Of a stretch of 64,000 bases of DNA, positions 9,659 through 18,683 are shown piece by piece (the stretch's first letter is position 1; every line of letters begins with the position of its first letter). Below the pieces are notes generated by a model, which was not told the DNA's origin, did not search any database, and worked only from the letters and a program-made list of their open reading frames with translations. Both the position numbers and the translations under genes were made by a program. Origin of the DNA: Microthrixaceae bacterium (GTDB taxonomy: Bacteria > Actinomycetota > Acidimicrobiia > Acidimicrobiales > VFJN01); contig JBQTKH010000105.1 in the NCBI GenBank assembly GCA_052386335.1, positions 6,368 to 70,367 on the forward strand, given 5' to 3'.

Positions 9659-11189
9659 TCCCCGTCGCACCACCATCGGGCGCCGACGACGCCACCTGGC
9701 ACTGCTGATGGGCGCCGCGGCCCTGCTCGGCATGGGCGGCGGTGTCGCGGCCACCGCGCAGGACGCCCAGCCCACCGGCCCGACCGGTGACGAGCTGTTC
9801 GGCGTCTACCAGATGGAAGCGCGCGGGCTGGGCGTGCAGGGCACCTACCGGATCGAGGGCCTCATCCCCGGCGACACGCCGATCCTCGACCTGGCGCTCC
9901 CCGAGACCGTGGCCCGGCTTGCGTCGGGACCGTCCGGCTACGGACTCGCCTCCCTCGCCTATCCCGGCGGCATCATCGCTAACTTCGGAACGCTGGTCAC
10001 CCAGTCGGGCGGGCCCGGTGACGACCTACCGCCCTACCCGATCAAGGCCGAGGCGTTCTACCCGAGCGGTCCCACCACCGCTGAGCAGTCCCAGCAGGGC
10101 GGCAGCACCCAGAAGGTGGTGACCAGCGATCGCGCCGTCCACTCGGTGGGCTCGTTCCCGGGCATGGATGCGCCGCCCCTCGTGAACGTCGGGAGCATCA
10201 CCTCCGCGTCGCGCAGCTCCATCGACGGAGAGCTCGCCGTCAGCCGCAGCCGTGTCGTGCTCGGCAACGTGCGCATCCTCGGCGGTCTCATCACCATCGA
10301 GTCGCTCACCACGGACCTCGTCGCCGCCCACAACGGCCTCACCGGCTCGACCGCGGGCGGGACCTCCACCTCTGGCGTTCGCTTCCTCGGGCTCGACGCC
10401 GCGTTCACCGACGATGGGTTGGTGCTCAAGGAGGCACCGCCCACCGAGGGTCCCGGTGCGCCCCTGGGCGGAGCGCTCGGCGGTGCGGCGGCACCGCTCA
10501 GCAGCCTGACCGGTCCGGTGCAGGAGCAGCTCAATGCCGTGCTCGCTCAGGCCACCCCCAGCCTGGACGAGGTCCTCGCGCGGGCGGGGATCCACATCGA
10601 GCTGCTCTCGCCGCGCGATGCACAGGTCGACAGCGGCGCTGCCTCGCGCACCACCTCGGGCCTGTCGGTGACCTTCAGCTACGAGGGACGGGAGCAGGAG
10701 GCGATGGTGGAGCTGGTCAACAGCATCCCCCCTGAGCTCAAGCCGAACTTCGGGCCGATCCCGAACCCCGTGACCTTCCTCGCCGAGAACCACATCTACG
10801 GTCTGTCCCTCGGCCCGGCGAGCGTCAGCGCCCTGGCCACCCCGGCATTCGGATCCCTCGACCTGCCCATCGACGGAGATCTCCCAGCGCAGTTCCTTCC
10901 CGAGATCCCCGTGTCGGAGATCACCATCGACGGGTCCGGCTTCACCACCCGCCCCGCACCTCTCCCCGCGCCGTCGGCGGGCTCGAGCACCGGCGAAGCC
11001 ATCGACGGCGAACCGATCTCGAACGCGGTCGGCGCGGCCGTCCCGGCCATCCTCGTGGCGCTCGCGCTGCTGCTCTCACCGCTGTTCGGCCTGGGATCGA
11101 GTCGGCTGGCCGACAACGTGCTCGCGCCCGTCACCACCTCCTGTCCGATCGGGCTCGATGAGCCCCCTGCGCCCCCGAGGCCGTCGTGA
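9645..11189 (+). CDS. hypothetical secreted protein with C-terminal membrane anchor
   Basis: 514-aa ORF. N-terminal Arg-rich signal (GRRRRHLALLMGAAALLGMGGGVAATAQDA, possibly Tat-type). C-terminal TM helix (AVPAILVALALLLSPLFGLG). Start overlaps the permease stop by 14 nt. No family recognised. Confidence 0.7.
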   Translation: MRSPDPRRTTIGRRRRHLALLMGAAALLGMGGGVAATAQDAQPTGPTGDELFGVYQMEARGLGVQGTYRIEGLIPGDTPILDLALPETVARLASGPSGYGLASLAYPGGIIANFGTLVTQSGGPGDDLPPYPIKAEAFYPSGPTTAEQSQQGGSTQKVVTSDRAVHSVGSFPGMDAPPLVNVGSITSASRSSIDGELAVSRSRVVLGNVRILGGLITIESLTTDLVAAHNGLTGSTAGGTSTSGVRFLGLDAAFTDDGLVLKEAPPTEGPGAPLGGALGGAAAPLSSLTGPVQEQLNAVLAQATPSLDEVLARAGIHIELLSPRDAQVDSGAASRTTSGLSVTFSYEGREQEAMVELVNSIPPELKPNFGPIPNPVTFLAENHIYGLSLGPASVSALATPAFGSLDLPIDGDLPAQFLPEIPVSEITIDGSGFTTRPAPLPAPSAGSSTGEAIDGEPISNAVGAAVPAILVALALLLSPLFGLGSSRLADNVLAPVTTSCPIGLDEPPAPPRPS

Positions 11190-11839
11190 CCACCTCCACC
11201 TCCCCCGCCGCCAAGCGAGCCGCGCCGCTGCACGCCGTCGCCGACGAGGCCGTCGAGGTCGCGCCGGTCGAGGTCGTGCATGCCGCGATGAGCGATCCGG
11301 CCGTCACCGCGGCCCGCGACCAGCGCTTCGCCGATGGCGTGCGCACGCTGCGCGTCGGGGGCGCATCCTTGAAGCTCGAGGAGCACCTCCTCATGGTCCT
11401 CGGCGGCGTGATCGCACCGCTCGGGCTCGTCGTGGTGCTGCTCGGCTGGTGGGGGGCCGCCCACAGCCCCTACGTGTTCGAGCAGCTCCCCTATGTCATC
11501 TCGGGTGGCCTGCTCGGGGTGGGCATGATCTTCCTCGGTTCGTTCCTCTACTTCACCCACTGGTTGACGCAGCTGGTCAAGGAGCAACGCCTCCAGTCCG
11601 CGGCGGTGATCGAAGCGATCCAGCGACTCGAGGACAAGCTGGTCGCGACCGGTGACGTACCGCCGATCAGCGCAGGAACGAACGGCACCGGACCGAGCGG
11701 GGGGGCCGATCTCGTTGCCACCGCTCGCGGCACGATGGCCCATCGTCGCGACTGCGTGGTCGTCGCCGGGAAGTCCGGGTTGCGGCGAGTCGGGGCCGAC
11801 GACGGCCTCGACGTCTGCAAGCTGTGCGGCTCGGGCTAA
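11186..11839 (+). CDS. hypothetical membrane protein (2 TM helices, C-terminal His/Cys cluster)
   Basis: 217-aa ORF with ATGA overlap to the upstream gene. Two predicted TM helices (LLMVLGGVIAPLGLVVVLLGWW; VISGGLLGVGMIFLGSFLYF), a coiled-coil-like segment, and C-terminal HRRDC...CKLCGSG. Confidence 0.65.
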   Translation: MTTSTSPAAKRAAPLHAVADEAVEVAPVEVVHAAMSDPAVTAARDQRFADGVRTLRVGGASLKLEEHLLMVLGGVIAPLGLVVVLLGWWGAAHSPYVFEQLPYVISGGLLGVGMIFLGSFLYFTHWLTQLVKEQRLQSAAVIEAIQRLEDKLVATGDVPPISAGTNGTGPSGGADLVATARGTMAHRRDCVVVAGKSGLRRVGADDGLDVCKLCGSG

Positions 11840-12975
11840 CCCACCACGCCACGAGCGCGGAGCTCGACAACGTCCGACTGGGTGTAGCCGGCTTCGACGA
11901 GCAGCTCGTCGGTGTGCTGGCCGGGAGTCGAGGGCGGGCGCCGCAGCGCCGCGGGCGTGGCCGAGAAGCGTGGCGCAGGGGCCGGTTGGGGCACGCCGTC
12001 CACCGCCACGATGGTCTGACGAGCGGCGAGGTGCGGATGCGAGCCGGCTTCCCTCATCGTGAGCACCGGGGCGATGCACGCATCGCGACCTTCGGCCCGA
12101 TCGACCCACTCGGCCCGCGACCGCGTGGCCAGCGCGGCGCCGATCGACGCACGGAGCTCCGGCCACCGGTGCTGGTCGTCCTGGCCCGGGGTCGTGCTCG
12201 GATCGAGCTCGAGCAGGTCGAGCAGTGCCGCGAAGAACTGCGGCTCGATGGCGCCGACGGCGAGCTCGAGGCCGTCACCGCACCGGTACACGTCGTAGAA
12301 GGGCGCACCCGAATCGAGGAGGTTGGTGCCGCGCTCGTCGCTCCAGAACCCGATCGCACTGGCGCCGAAGAACGGAGCCATCAGCAGAGCCGTGCCGTCG
12401 ACCATCGCCGCGTCGATCACCTGTCCTTCGCCGGTGCGTTGGGCGTGGTGCATCCCGGCCAAGAGCCCGAGGGCGAGCAGCATGCCTCCCCCGCCAAAGT
12501 CGGCTACCAGGTTGAGCGGCGGCGTCGGCAGCTGCCCGGCACGACCGATGTGCGCGAGCGCCCCGGCCACTGACGCGTAGGTGATGTCGTGACCCGCCGC
12601 CTGGGCGAGCGGACCGTCCTGACCCCAACCGGTCATGCGGCCGTAGACGAGGCGCGGGTTGCGCGCCAGGCAGGGAGCGGGTCCGATGCCGAGCCGCTCG
12701 GCGACACCCGGCCGGAACCCCTCGAGCAGCGCATCCGCCCCCGCCACCAGGGCGAGCACGACCGCAGCACCGTCGTCGGTCTTCAGGTCCACCGCGATCG
12801 AGCGGCGCCCCCGACCGAGGACGTCGAACCGCGCGCTCGTCGGGTCGTTGGGGAGGCTCGAGGGCCGGTCGACGCGGATCACCTCAGCACCGAGATCCGC
12901 GAGCACCATCGCGCCGAAGGGCCCCGGCCCGATCCCCGCGATCTCGATCACCCGCAGCCCGGCGAGCGGTCCCAC
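11836..12975 (-). CDS. mcr: alpha-methylacyl-CoA racemase / family III CoA-transferase
   Basis: GPLAGLRVIEIAGIGPGPFGAMVLADLGAEVIRVDRP is the typical CaiB/BaiF/AMACR N-terminus. GTG at 12975 gives 379 aa and avoids overlap with the upstream hydrolase. The ORF is open up to 13110, so the start is uncertain. Confidence 0.85.
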   Translation of the reverse strand: MGPLAGLRVIEIAGIGPGPFGAMVLADLGAEVIRVDRPSSLPNDPTSARFDVLGRGRRSIAVDLKTDDGAAVVLALVAGADALLEGFRPGVAERLGIGPAPCLARNPRLVYGRMTGWGQDGPLAQAAGHDITYASVAGALAHIGRAGQLPTPPLNLVADFGGGGMLLALGLLAGMHHAQRTGEGQVIDAAMVDGTALLMAPFFGASAIGFWSDERGTNLLDSGAPFYDVYRCGDGLELAVGAIEPQFFAALLDLLELDPSTTPGQDDQHRWPELRASIGAALATRSRAEWVDRAEGRDACIAPVLTMREAGSHPHLAARQTIVAVDGVPQPAPAPRFSATPAALRRPPSTPGQHTDELLVEAGYTQSDVVELRARGVVG

Positions 12976-12991
12976 CGGGGGTGTGGCTGCG

Positions 12992-13879
12992 TCAGCGGGC
13001 AACGCGTCGGGCCGGCGCGGGGACCCGCTCGACCACCGACTGCACGGCACGTGCAAGGGCCGGACCGAACTCGCGCTTCGCGCAGGCGACGTGGCCATCG
13101 TCGATGTCATGCACGAGGGCGCCGGGTATGGCCGCAGCCATCCGCAGCTGTGCCTCCGGGCGGATCGCCCGATCCCGGCGGGTGACCATCACGGTGGTGG
13201 GCACGTCGATCTCGCCGATCCACCGACGGGCGCTGTAGCTCCCGATGGCCTGACCCGCCTCCATGATCTTCACCATGTCGTGCCGGCGCATCTCGCCCGC
13301 TGCCCAGCCGCGGAAGTTCGTCGGCCGGGCTGGGGTGGGCCCCTGGGGCCACGTGCGCATGAGCGGGCTGCGCCCAACCCACGCGCCTGTGCGCGTCGTG
13401 CCCGCGGCGGTCGCCATCATCGAACCGAAGATCAGCCGCTCCCTGCCCCCGGCGACGAATCGGTCGGCGGTGGCGCACAGGACGAGGCCGGCCGCGAGCT
13501 CGGGGTGCCGACGCCAGAGGAGCTGCGCCACAGGGCCACCCATCGAGTATCCGACGGCGATCACCGGACCGGTGCCGCGGTGCTCGAGGAGCGCAGCGAC
13601 GTCGTCGGCGCAATCGGCGAGGCGGAACCGGCGACGGCTGCGGATCCCGCGCCCGTGACCGCGGAGGTCGGGTGCGAGGACGCTGAAGCGCTGCGCGAGG
13701 GGTTCGAAGGCGGTGAACCAGTTGAGTCCTCCGCTGGCGATCCACCCGTGCAGCAACACGACGGTGGGGGCTCCGGGCGGACCTTCGACGGCCCGCACGA
13801 ACGTGGTGCCCCGTCCGGGGAGCTCCACGCGCTCGCCGAGCGGGAGAGGGGGCTCGGGGAGCAGCACCGGCGCGGTCAT
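12992..13879 (-). CDS. alpha/beta hydrolase
   Basis: 295-aa ORF with HG oxyanion motif (VVLLHGW) and nucleophile elbow GYSMGG. Confidence 0.85.
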   Translation of the reverse strand: MTAPVLLPEPPLPLGERVELPGRGTTFVRAVEGPPGAPTVVLLHGWIASGGLNWFTAFEPLAQRFSVLAPDLRGHGRGIRSRRRFRLADCADDVAALLEHRGTGPVIAVGYSMGGPVAQLLWRRHPELAAGLVLCATADRFVAGGRERLIFGSMMATAAGTTRTGAWVGRSPLMRTWPQGPTPARPTNFRGWAAGEMRRHDMVKIMEAGQAIGSYSARRWIGEIDVPTTVMVTRRDRAIRPEAQLRMAAAIPGALVHDIDDGHVACAKREFGPALARAVQSVVERVPAPARRVAR

Positions 13880-14000
13880 CGCGGCCAGCCTAAGGCGCGG
13901 ACGTGTCCGAACCGCGCACCCGACCCGGCACTAGGGTGCCGCCGATGACCCCGGTCTCGCACCCCTGCGTCCGTCTGCTCTGGGGCGGCTGAGCACAACC

Positions 14001-14474
14001 GTGCGAATCACCGCCAAGGTCGACTACGCGCTGCGAGCGGGCGCCGAGCTCGCTGCCGCGCAGGCGGGTGCCGACCGTGAGCGTGCACTCGTGAAGGGGG
14101 ACGCGCTGGCGACGGCCCAGGGCATACCGGGTCGGTTCCTGGAGGGGATCCTCGGCGACCTGCGCCGAGCGGGGATCGTCGGGAGTCAGCGAGGCTCCGA
14201 CGGTGGCTACTGGCTGGCCAAGCCCGCCGAGCAGGTGAGCGTGGCCGACATCATCCGCGCCGTGGAGGGTCCGCTCGCCGACGTGCACGGCGAGGCGCCC
14301 GAGCAGGTCACCTATCAGGGTCCGGCCCGGGAGGTGCAGCGCGTGTGGATCGCCACCAGGGTGGCGCTGCGCGAGGTGCTCGAGGAGACGAGCCTCGCCG
14401 CGATCGCTGCGGCCGACCTGCCGGCGAGGGTGATCGAGCTCGCCGATCGACCCGGTGGGTGGTCTCGCCGCTGA
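14001..14474 (+). CDS. Rrf2 family transcriptional regulator (no Cys ligands)
   Basis: 157-aa ORF with GTG start. MRITAKVDYALRAGAELA... is the typical Rrf2 wHTH N-terminus. The protein contains no cysteine, so it is not an Fe-S type like IscR/NsrR. Confidence 0.85.
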   Translation: MRITAKVDYALRAGAELAAAQAGADRERALVKGDALATAQGIPGRFLEGILGDLRRAGIVGSQRGSDGGYWLAKPAEQVSVADIIRAVEGPLADVHGEAPEQVTYQGPAREVQRVWIATRVALREVLEETSLAAIAAADLPARVIELADRPGGWSRR

Positions 14475-14580
14475 GCGAACCCCGGGCATTGGGGCCTTCT
14501 GACGGTGGCGAGTACGGTTGTCCACCCCGACGCCCCACACCGGAGTGAGTCGTCCGACACCGCTTCTGGAGCCCGCTCCC

Positions 14581-16143
14581 ATGCCCCGCAGGATCGACAT
14601 CGAGCTGACGAGCTCGCGAGACGACGGCACGTGGACGTGGCGAGCCGCTGGCGCCAAGGCACCCAAGGGCACGGTCGCCGCGACGGTGCTTCCCGCGGAG
14701 GCCAAGGTCGGCGACGTGCTCAAGGTCGACGCCGACTTCTTCGTTGACGGCATCTCGATCACCGGCGTGGTTCCCGACAAGGGCGGGCGCAAGGAGCCCG
14801 AGCGGCTCGAGCTGATCGCCCCGGCAGGCAAGGACGAGCCGCTCGTCACCACGACCTTGGCGTCACGGTCGCGTGACGACCGCGGACCCCGTCGTGACGG
14901 CCCGCGTCGTGACGGCCCGCGCCGCGAGGGCGCTGGGCGAGGCGGGCCCCGCCGCGAGGGAGCGGGCCGCGACGGTGCGCAGCGCGAGGGCGGCGGCCGC
15001 GAGGGCGAGCGTGCGGGTGGCAACCGGCCCGGCGGCAGCGATCGGCGCCCGCGCCGTGACGGTGACGACACCAAGGGTCGCGACGGCGCCGCTCGGTCGC
15101 CGCGCCGCACGCGCCCGGAGCCGCCGCCCATGCCGGCCGTCGAGCGCCCGAAGGCCAAGCGCCTTCGCGCCGGCAAGGCGCATCGCAGCGCCCTGCTCGA
15201 GTCGCTCCCCGAAGCGCACCGGCCCATCGCGGAGCAGGTCGTCCTCGGCGGGCTCCCGGCGGTCCGCCAGGCCATTGCGAAGCAGAACGCCGAGCGGGCC
15301 GCGGCCGGCGAGGCCCCGATCACGGCCGACCCGCTGCTCGACATCGCGGAGAAGCTCGTGCCCAAGGTGCGCGCCGCGGAGTGGCTGGACCGTGCCGAAG
15401 CGGCCCTGCGCGATCTCGAGCACCTCGACCTGCGCGATCTGCGCTCGGTCGTGTCCACTGCCGATGCCGGTGGCAAGGGCGAGGAGGCGCGGGCACTTGC
15501 CCAAGCCCTCCGGGAAGGGCTGACTGCCCGAGTCGACGCGGAGCATGCCGCGTGGCTCGCGGAGCTCACCGCCACACTCGACGTCGGCCGCATCGTCCGC
15601 GCCCTGCGGGTCAGCTCTCGCCCGCCCAAGGCAGGCGCCCCCCTGCCGGCGGAGATCTCCACCCGTCTCATCGAGGGCGCGGGCGAGGCGCTCACCGCCG
15701 ACGCGGCACCGGAGCGTTGGGTGGCGGTCCTCGATGCGCTGGCGTTCGCGCCCGTGCGCGACAAGGTGATCCCGGCATCGCTGCCCAAGGAGCTCCACGC
15801 CGACGTGCAGGCGACGATCGCCCGCCTCGCCACCCGCATCCCGAAGATCGCCCACATCTTCGAGATCACCCCCGACCGCAGTGCCCCCCGCCCGAAGGTG
15901 GAGCGCCGTCGCCCGCCCAAGCCCAAGCTCGACAAGCCCAAGCCTGCGAAGCCGGGCAAGCCCACGCAGGACGAGGCCAAGTCCGCCGAGGCCGAGGTCG
16001 AGCCCGCAGCCGACGCGCCCACGGAACCAGTCGCGGCAGCCGATGTGGAACCGGTCGACGGCTCCGAGGTGGAGGCTCCATCCGAGCACGCTGCCGCAGT
16101 CGGGCCCCCAGTGGCAGACATCGACGCCGTCTCCGGCGACTAG
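14581..16143 (+). CDS. hypothetical protein with Arg/Gly-rich repeat linker
   Basis: ATG at 14581 (MPRRIDIELTSSRDDGTWTWRAAGAKAPKG...). The ORF is open from TTG 14518. N-terminal small beta-rich-looking domain, then a GPRRDGPRRDGPRREGAGRGGPRREGAGRDG repeat region, then a ~330-aa helical C-terminal region. The opposite-strand 743-aa ORF is a shadow. Confidence 0.75.
   Translation: MPRRIDIELTSSRDDGTWTWRAAGAKAPKGTVAATVLPAEAKVGDVLKVDADFFVDGISITGVVPDKGGRKEPERLELIAPAGKDEPLVTTTLASRSRDDRGPRRDGPRRDGPRREGAGRGGPRREGAGRDGAQREGGGREGERAGGNRPGGSDRRPRRDGDDTKGRDGAARSPRRTRPEPPPMPAVERPKAKRLRAGKAHRSALLESLPEAHRPIAEQVVLGGLPAVRQAIAKQNAERAAAGEAPITADPLLDIAEKLVPKVRAAEWLDRAEAALRDLEHLDLRDLRSVVSTADAGGKGEEARALAQALREGLTARVDAEHAAWLAELTATLDVGRIVRALRVSSRPPKAGAPLPAEISTRLIEGAGEALTADAAPERWVAVLDALAFAPVRDKVIPASLPKELHADVQATIARLATRIPKIAHIFEITPDRSAPRPKVERRRPPKPKLDKPKPAKPGKPTQDEAKSAEAEVEPAADAPTEPVAAADVEPVDGSEVEAPSEHAAAVGPPVADIDAVSGD
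14878..15018 (+). repeat. imperfect tandem repeats (15- and 30-nt units) encoding an Arg/Gly/Asp/Glu linker
   Basis: ggcccgcgtcgtgac-like units recur back to back. They translate to (G)PRRDG/PRREGAGRGG repeats inside the CDS above. Confidence 0.7.
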
Positions 16144-16621
16144 CGCGCACCGCCGCAGGGTCAGCATGCACGACGCCGCTCCGGCCTTCGTCGACTTCGA
16201 GCTCCGCATGGTGGCGGACGGACACGAACTCGCGGTCGGACGCGAATCGCACGCGTTGTCCGCAGTGGCTTCAGCCGCGGGCGACCGCTTCCATGCTCTT
16301 GGAGCGACGACGAGTGCGAGCATTCCGCTGCCACCTGTTCGACGAGGGCGAGCGAACCGCCTCCGCGGTGGTCCAGCTTCGACGGGTCCCGGACCTCTCT
16401 GGCCTGACACCCCCGCCCGGCAACCAGGACGCTGCCGCCGCTTGGCAACAGGTGACCGAGGGCGGGGCGACGTTGGTCACCACCTACCTCGCGGCTGATG
16501 GGTCATTGGTGGCGAACGACTACGGCGGGGCGTGGGCGGTCCGCCGCTGAGTGCATCGTGCCGGGCCGTGTTCTCAGTCCGGGATTCGTGAGGCGCGGCG
16601 AGGCACCGGACGACTCGGTTT

Positions 16622-16690
16622 GTTCAGCGTTTGAGCGACAATCCCAAACGTCCGTGACGTGGACGACGAATTGTCGCTCCAACGCTGAAC
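16622..16690. repeat. 21-bp imperfect inverted repeat (long hairpin) in a lower-GC intergenic region
   Basis: GTTCAGCGTTTGAGCGACAAT (16622-16642) pairs with ATTGTCGCTCCAACGCTGAAC (16670-16690), 20/21 complementary, with a 27-nt spacer. Lies between convergent coding regions. Confidence 0.7.
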
Positions 16691-16733
16691 AGATCGATGC
16701 CCGGAGTGGTTGGTGCAACTCCCCGAGCGGCCC

Positions 16734-16934
16734 TCAGTACTCGCGGGGCGTGACGGCTGACTCCTTGGCGCTGCGGCCCTTGTAGTCGCCGCTGACCGGA
16801 TCCTCGTCCCAGCGGGCACCGCAGGAGGCGCAGGCGCACGAATCGAGGCGCAGGGAGGCGAGGTAGAGCCGCTCGACCTCGTAGGTCTCGCAGAAGGGGC
16901 ACTGGAGGTGCCTCGATCGCTCGTTCGTCGCCAT
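16734..16934 (-). CDS. small zinc-ribbon protein (hypothetical)
   Basis: 66-aa ORF with CPFC...CACASC (two Cys pairs). Protein-like composition in an otherwise gene-poor stretch. Confidence 0.55.
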   Translation of the reverse strand: MATNERSRHLQCPFCETYEVERLYLASLRLDSCACASCGARWDEDPVSGDYKGRSAKESAVTPREY

Positions 16935-16983
16935 CGTCCAGCCCGCCCTGAGTCCGCCGCCGTTGCGGTGAGGTTACTGCGCC

Positions 16984-17766
16984 ATGGCTAACGTGCCGAC
17001 CATGTCTGTCGACTTCGAGCAACGGGGGCCGTTCGCGGTCATCACCATCAACCGGCCAGAGGCCCGCAACGCCGTGAACGGCGACGTCGCCAACGGCATC
17101 GAGGCGGCCATCGACAAGATCGAGGCCGATGATTCCATCTGGGTGGGCATCCTCACCGGGGTGCCCCCCGTGTTCTGCGCGGGGGCTGATCTCAAGGAGA
17201 TCAACGCCGGCAACGCGGGATCGCTCGCCACCGCCAAGGGCGGGTTCGGGGGGTTCGTGCAGCGCGACCGCGTGAAGCCGATCATCGCCGCCGTCGACGG
17301 CCCGGCCCTCGCGGGCGGCACCGAGCTCGTCCTGGCCTCCGATCTCGTCGTGGCATCGACCACCGCCACCTTCGGCATCCCCGAGGTGAAGCGCTCGCTC
17401 GTCGCAGCGGCTGGCGGCCTGTTCCGGCTCGGCCGGAAGATCCCCCTCAACATCGCGATGGAGCTCACCCTCACCGGGGACCCCATCGACGCCACCCGGG
17501 CCCACCACTTCGGCCTCGTCAACCGGCTCGTGGAGCCCGGCCAGGCCCTCGACGAGGCCGTGAAGCTGGCGGAGCAGATCTGTGCCAACGCGCCGGTGGC
17601 GGTGCGCGAGTCGCGCAAGATCGTGCTCGAGGCCACGAACGCTCCCGACGACGTCGGGTGGAAGATGTCGCTCGAGGGCATGGGCATCGCCATGCAGTCC
17701 GAGGACTTCTCCGAGGGCCTGATGGCCTTCATCGAGAAGCGCCCGCCGGCATGGAAGGGTCGCTGA
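16984..17766 (+). CDS. enoyl-CoA hydratase/isomerase (crotonase family)
   Basis: 260-aa ORF with FAVITINRPEARNAVNG, FCAGADLKE and GGGTELVLASDL-type crotonase motifs. Alternative start is ATG 17002. Confidence 0.9.
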   Translation: MANVPTMSVDFEQRGPFAVITINRPEARNAVNGDVANGIEAAIDKIEADDSIWVGILTGVPPVFCAGADLKEINAGNAGSLATAKGGFGGFVQRDRVKPIIAAVDGPALAGGTELVLASDLVVASTTATFGIPEVKRSLVAAAGGLFRLGRKIPLNIAMELTLTGDPIDATRAHHFGLVNRLVEPGQALDEAVKLAEQICANAPVAVRESRKIVLEATNAPDDVGWKMSLEGMGIAMQSEDFSEGLMAFIEKRPPAWKGR

Positions 17767-17790
17767 CCCGACTCAGCTGGGGTGGGCTCG

Positions 17791-18201
17791 TCAGGTGAAG
17801 GTGCGGATGACGCCGTGGTCGTGCAGGAACTCGGCCAACCCGTCCACCAGCGACATCGCTGCCACCTCGTGCAACGGCACCCAGCGCGCCTCCGCTGCGT
17901 CATCGCCCGCCACGGGCTGATCTCCCCCGACCACGGTCACCTCGTAGTCGAGGATCACGAAGTGATCGTGGTCGTCGATCCGCTCCACGAGCCCGACGAA
18001 CGGTCCGCACACGCCGTCGAGCCCCGTCTCCTCGCGCAGCTCGCGCGTGACCGCCTCGGCGAGGGTCTCCCCTGCCTCGACGCGACCACCCGGGACCGAC
18101 CACGCGCCAGCGGCGGGCCCATGGCCGCGACGCACGAGCAGCAGCCGGTCGTCGTCGACCACCACGGCACCCACCGCGAGGACCGGCTGGGGCGCGCTCA
18201 C
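17791..18201 (-). CDS. NUDIX hydrolase
   Basis: GTG 18201 overlaps the GNAT stop (GTGA). Nudix box GGRVEAGETLAEAVTRELREETGL. The upstream part of the 288-aa ORF is a shadow over the GNAT gene. Confidence 0.85.
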   Translation of the reverse strand: MSAPQPVLAVGAVVVDDDRLLLVRRGHGPAAGAWSVPGGRVEAGETLAEAVTRELREETGLDGVCGPFVGLVERIDDHDHFVILDYEVTVVGGDQPVAGDDAAEARWVPLHEVAAMSLVDGLAEFLHDHGVIRTFT

Positions 18202-18683
18202 CGCAGCGGGCGGTGCACGATGATGCCGCGCGCCACCAGCCCGAAGGACTCGAAGAAGTTCTTCGTGTGACGATCGCCGGGAAGCGCCATGCTGTCCACG
18301 CCGAAGCAGCCTCGCTCCGTGCACCAGTCCACGAGCGCGTGCATCACGATCTCCCCGAGCCCGAGCGCCCGCGCCTCCGGCTCGGTGTAGAGGTCGTCCA
18401 CGACGCCGAGCAAGCCGCCATCGGCCAGCACCTCGATGCGGGCTACCCCGTAGGCCAGCACGACGTCGTCGAGGGTGCCGACGACCACGAGGTGGTCGGG
18501 GTCGGCGATCTCGGCCTCGAGGCGCGCTTCGAAGGGGGCGACCCGCGCTCGCTGGCGAGCCCACACCGCACCACCGCGCACCTCCTGGAGCTCCGCGATG
18601 GCCTGTTCCACCAGCGCCGCGAGGCGGGGAACGTCGGCCGCCTGTGCGGGCCGGCACGCCTCCTCGGGGGCGGCGGAGCCCAT
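18198..18683 (-). CDS. GNAT family N-acetyltransferase
   Basis: 161-aa ORF with an acetyl-CoA binding-type segment (EARALGLGEIVMHALVDWCTERG). 1-nt overlap with the upstream gene. Confidence 0.8.
   Translation of the reverse strand: MGSAAPEEACRPAQAADVPRLAALVEQAIAELQEVRGGAVWARQRARVAPFEARLEAEIADPDHLVVVGTLDDVVLAYGVARIEVLADGGLLGVVDDLYTEPEARALGLGEIVMHALVDWCTERGCFGVDSMALPGDRHTKNFFESFGLVARGIIVHRPLR

Noticed and set aside
13890-16121. 743-aa minus-strand ORF
   Set aside because: It is antisense to the Rrf2 gene and the 520-aa Arg/Gly-repeat protein. The translation is dominated by Ser/Arg/Ala/Pro/Gly runs with no domain-like segments. This is a typical high-GC shadow frame.
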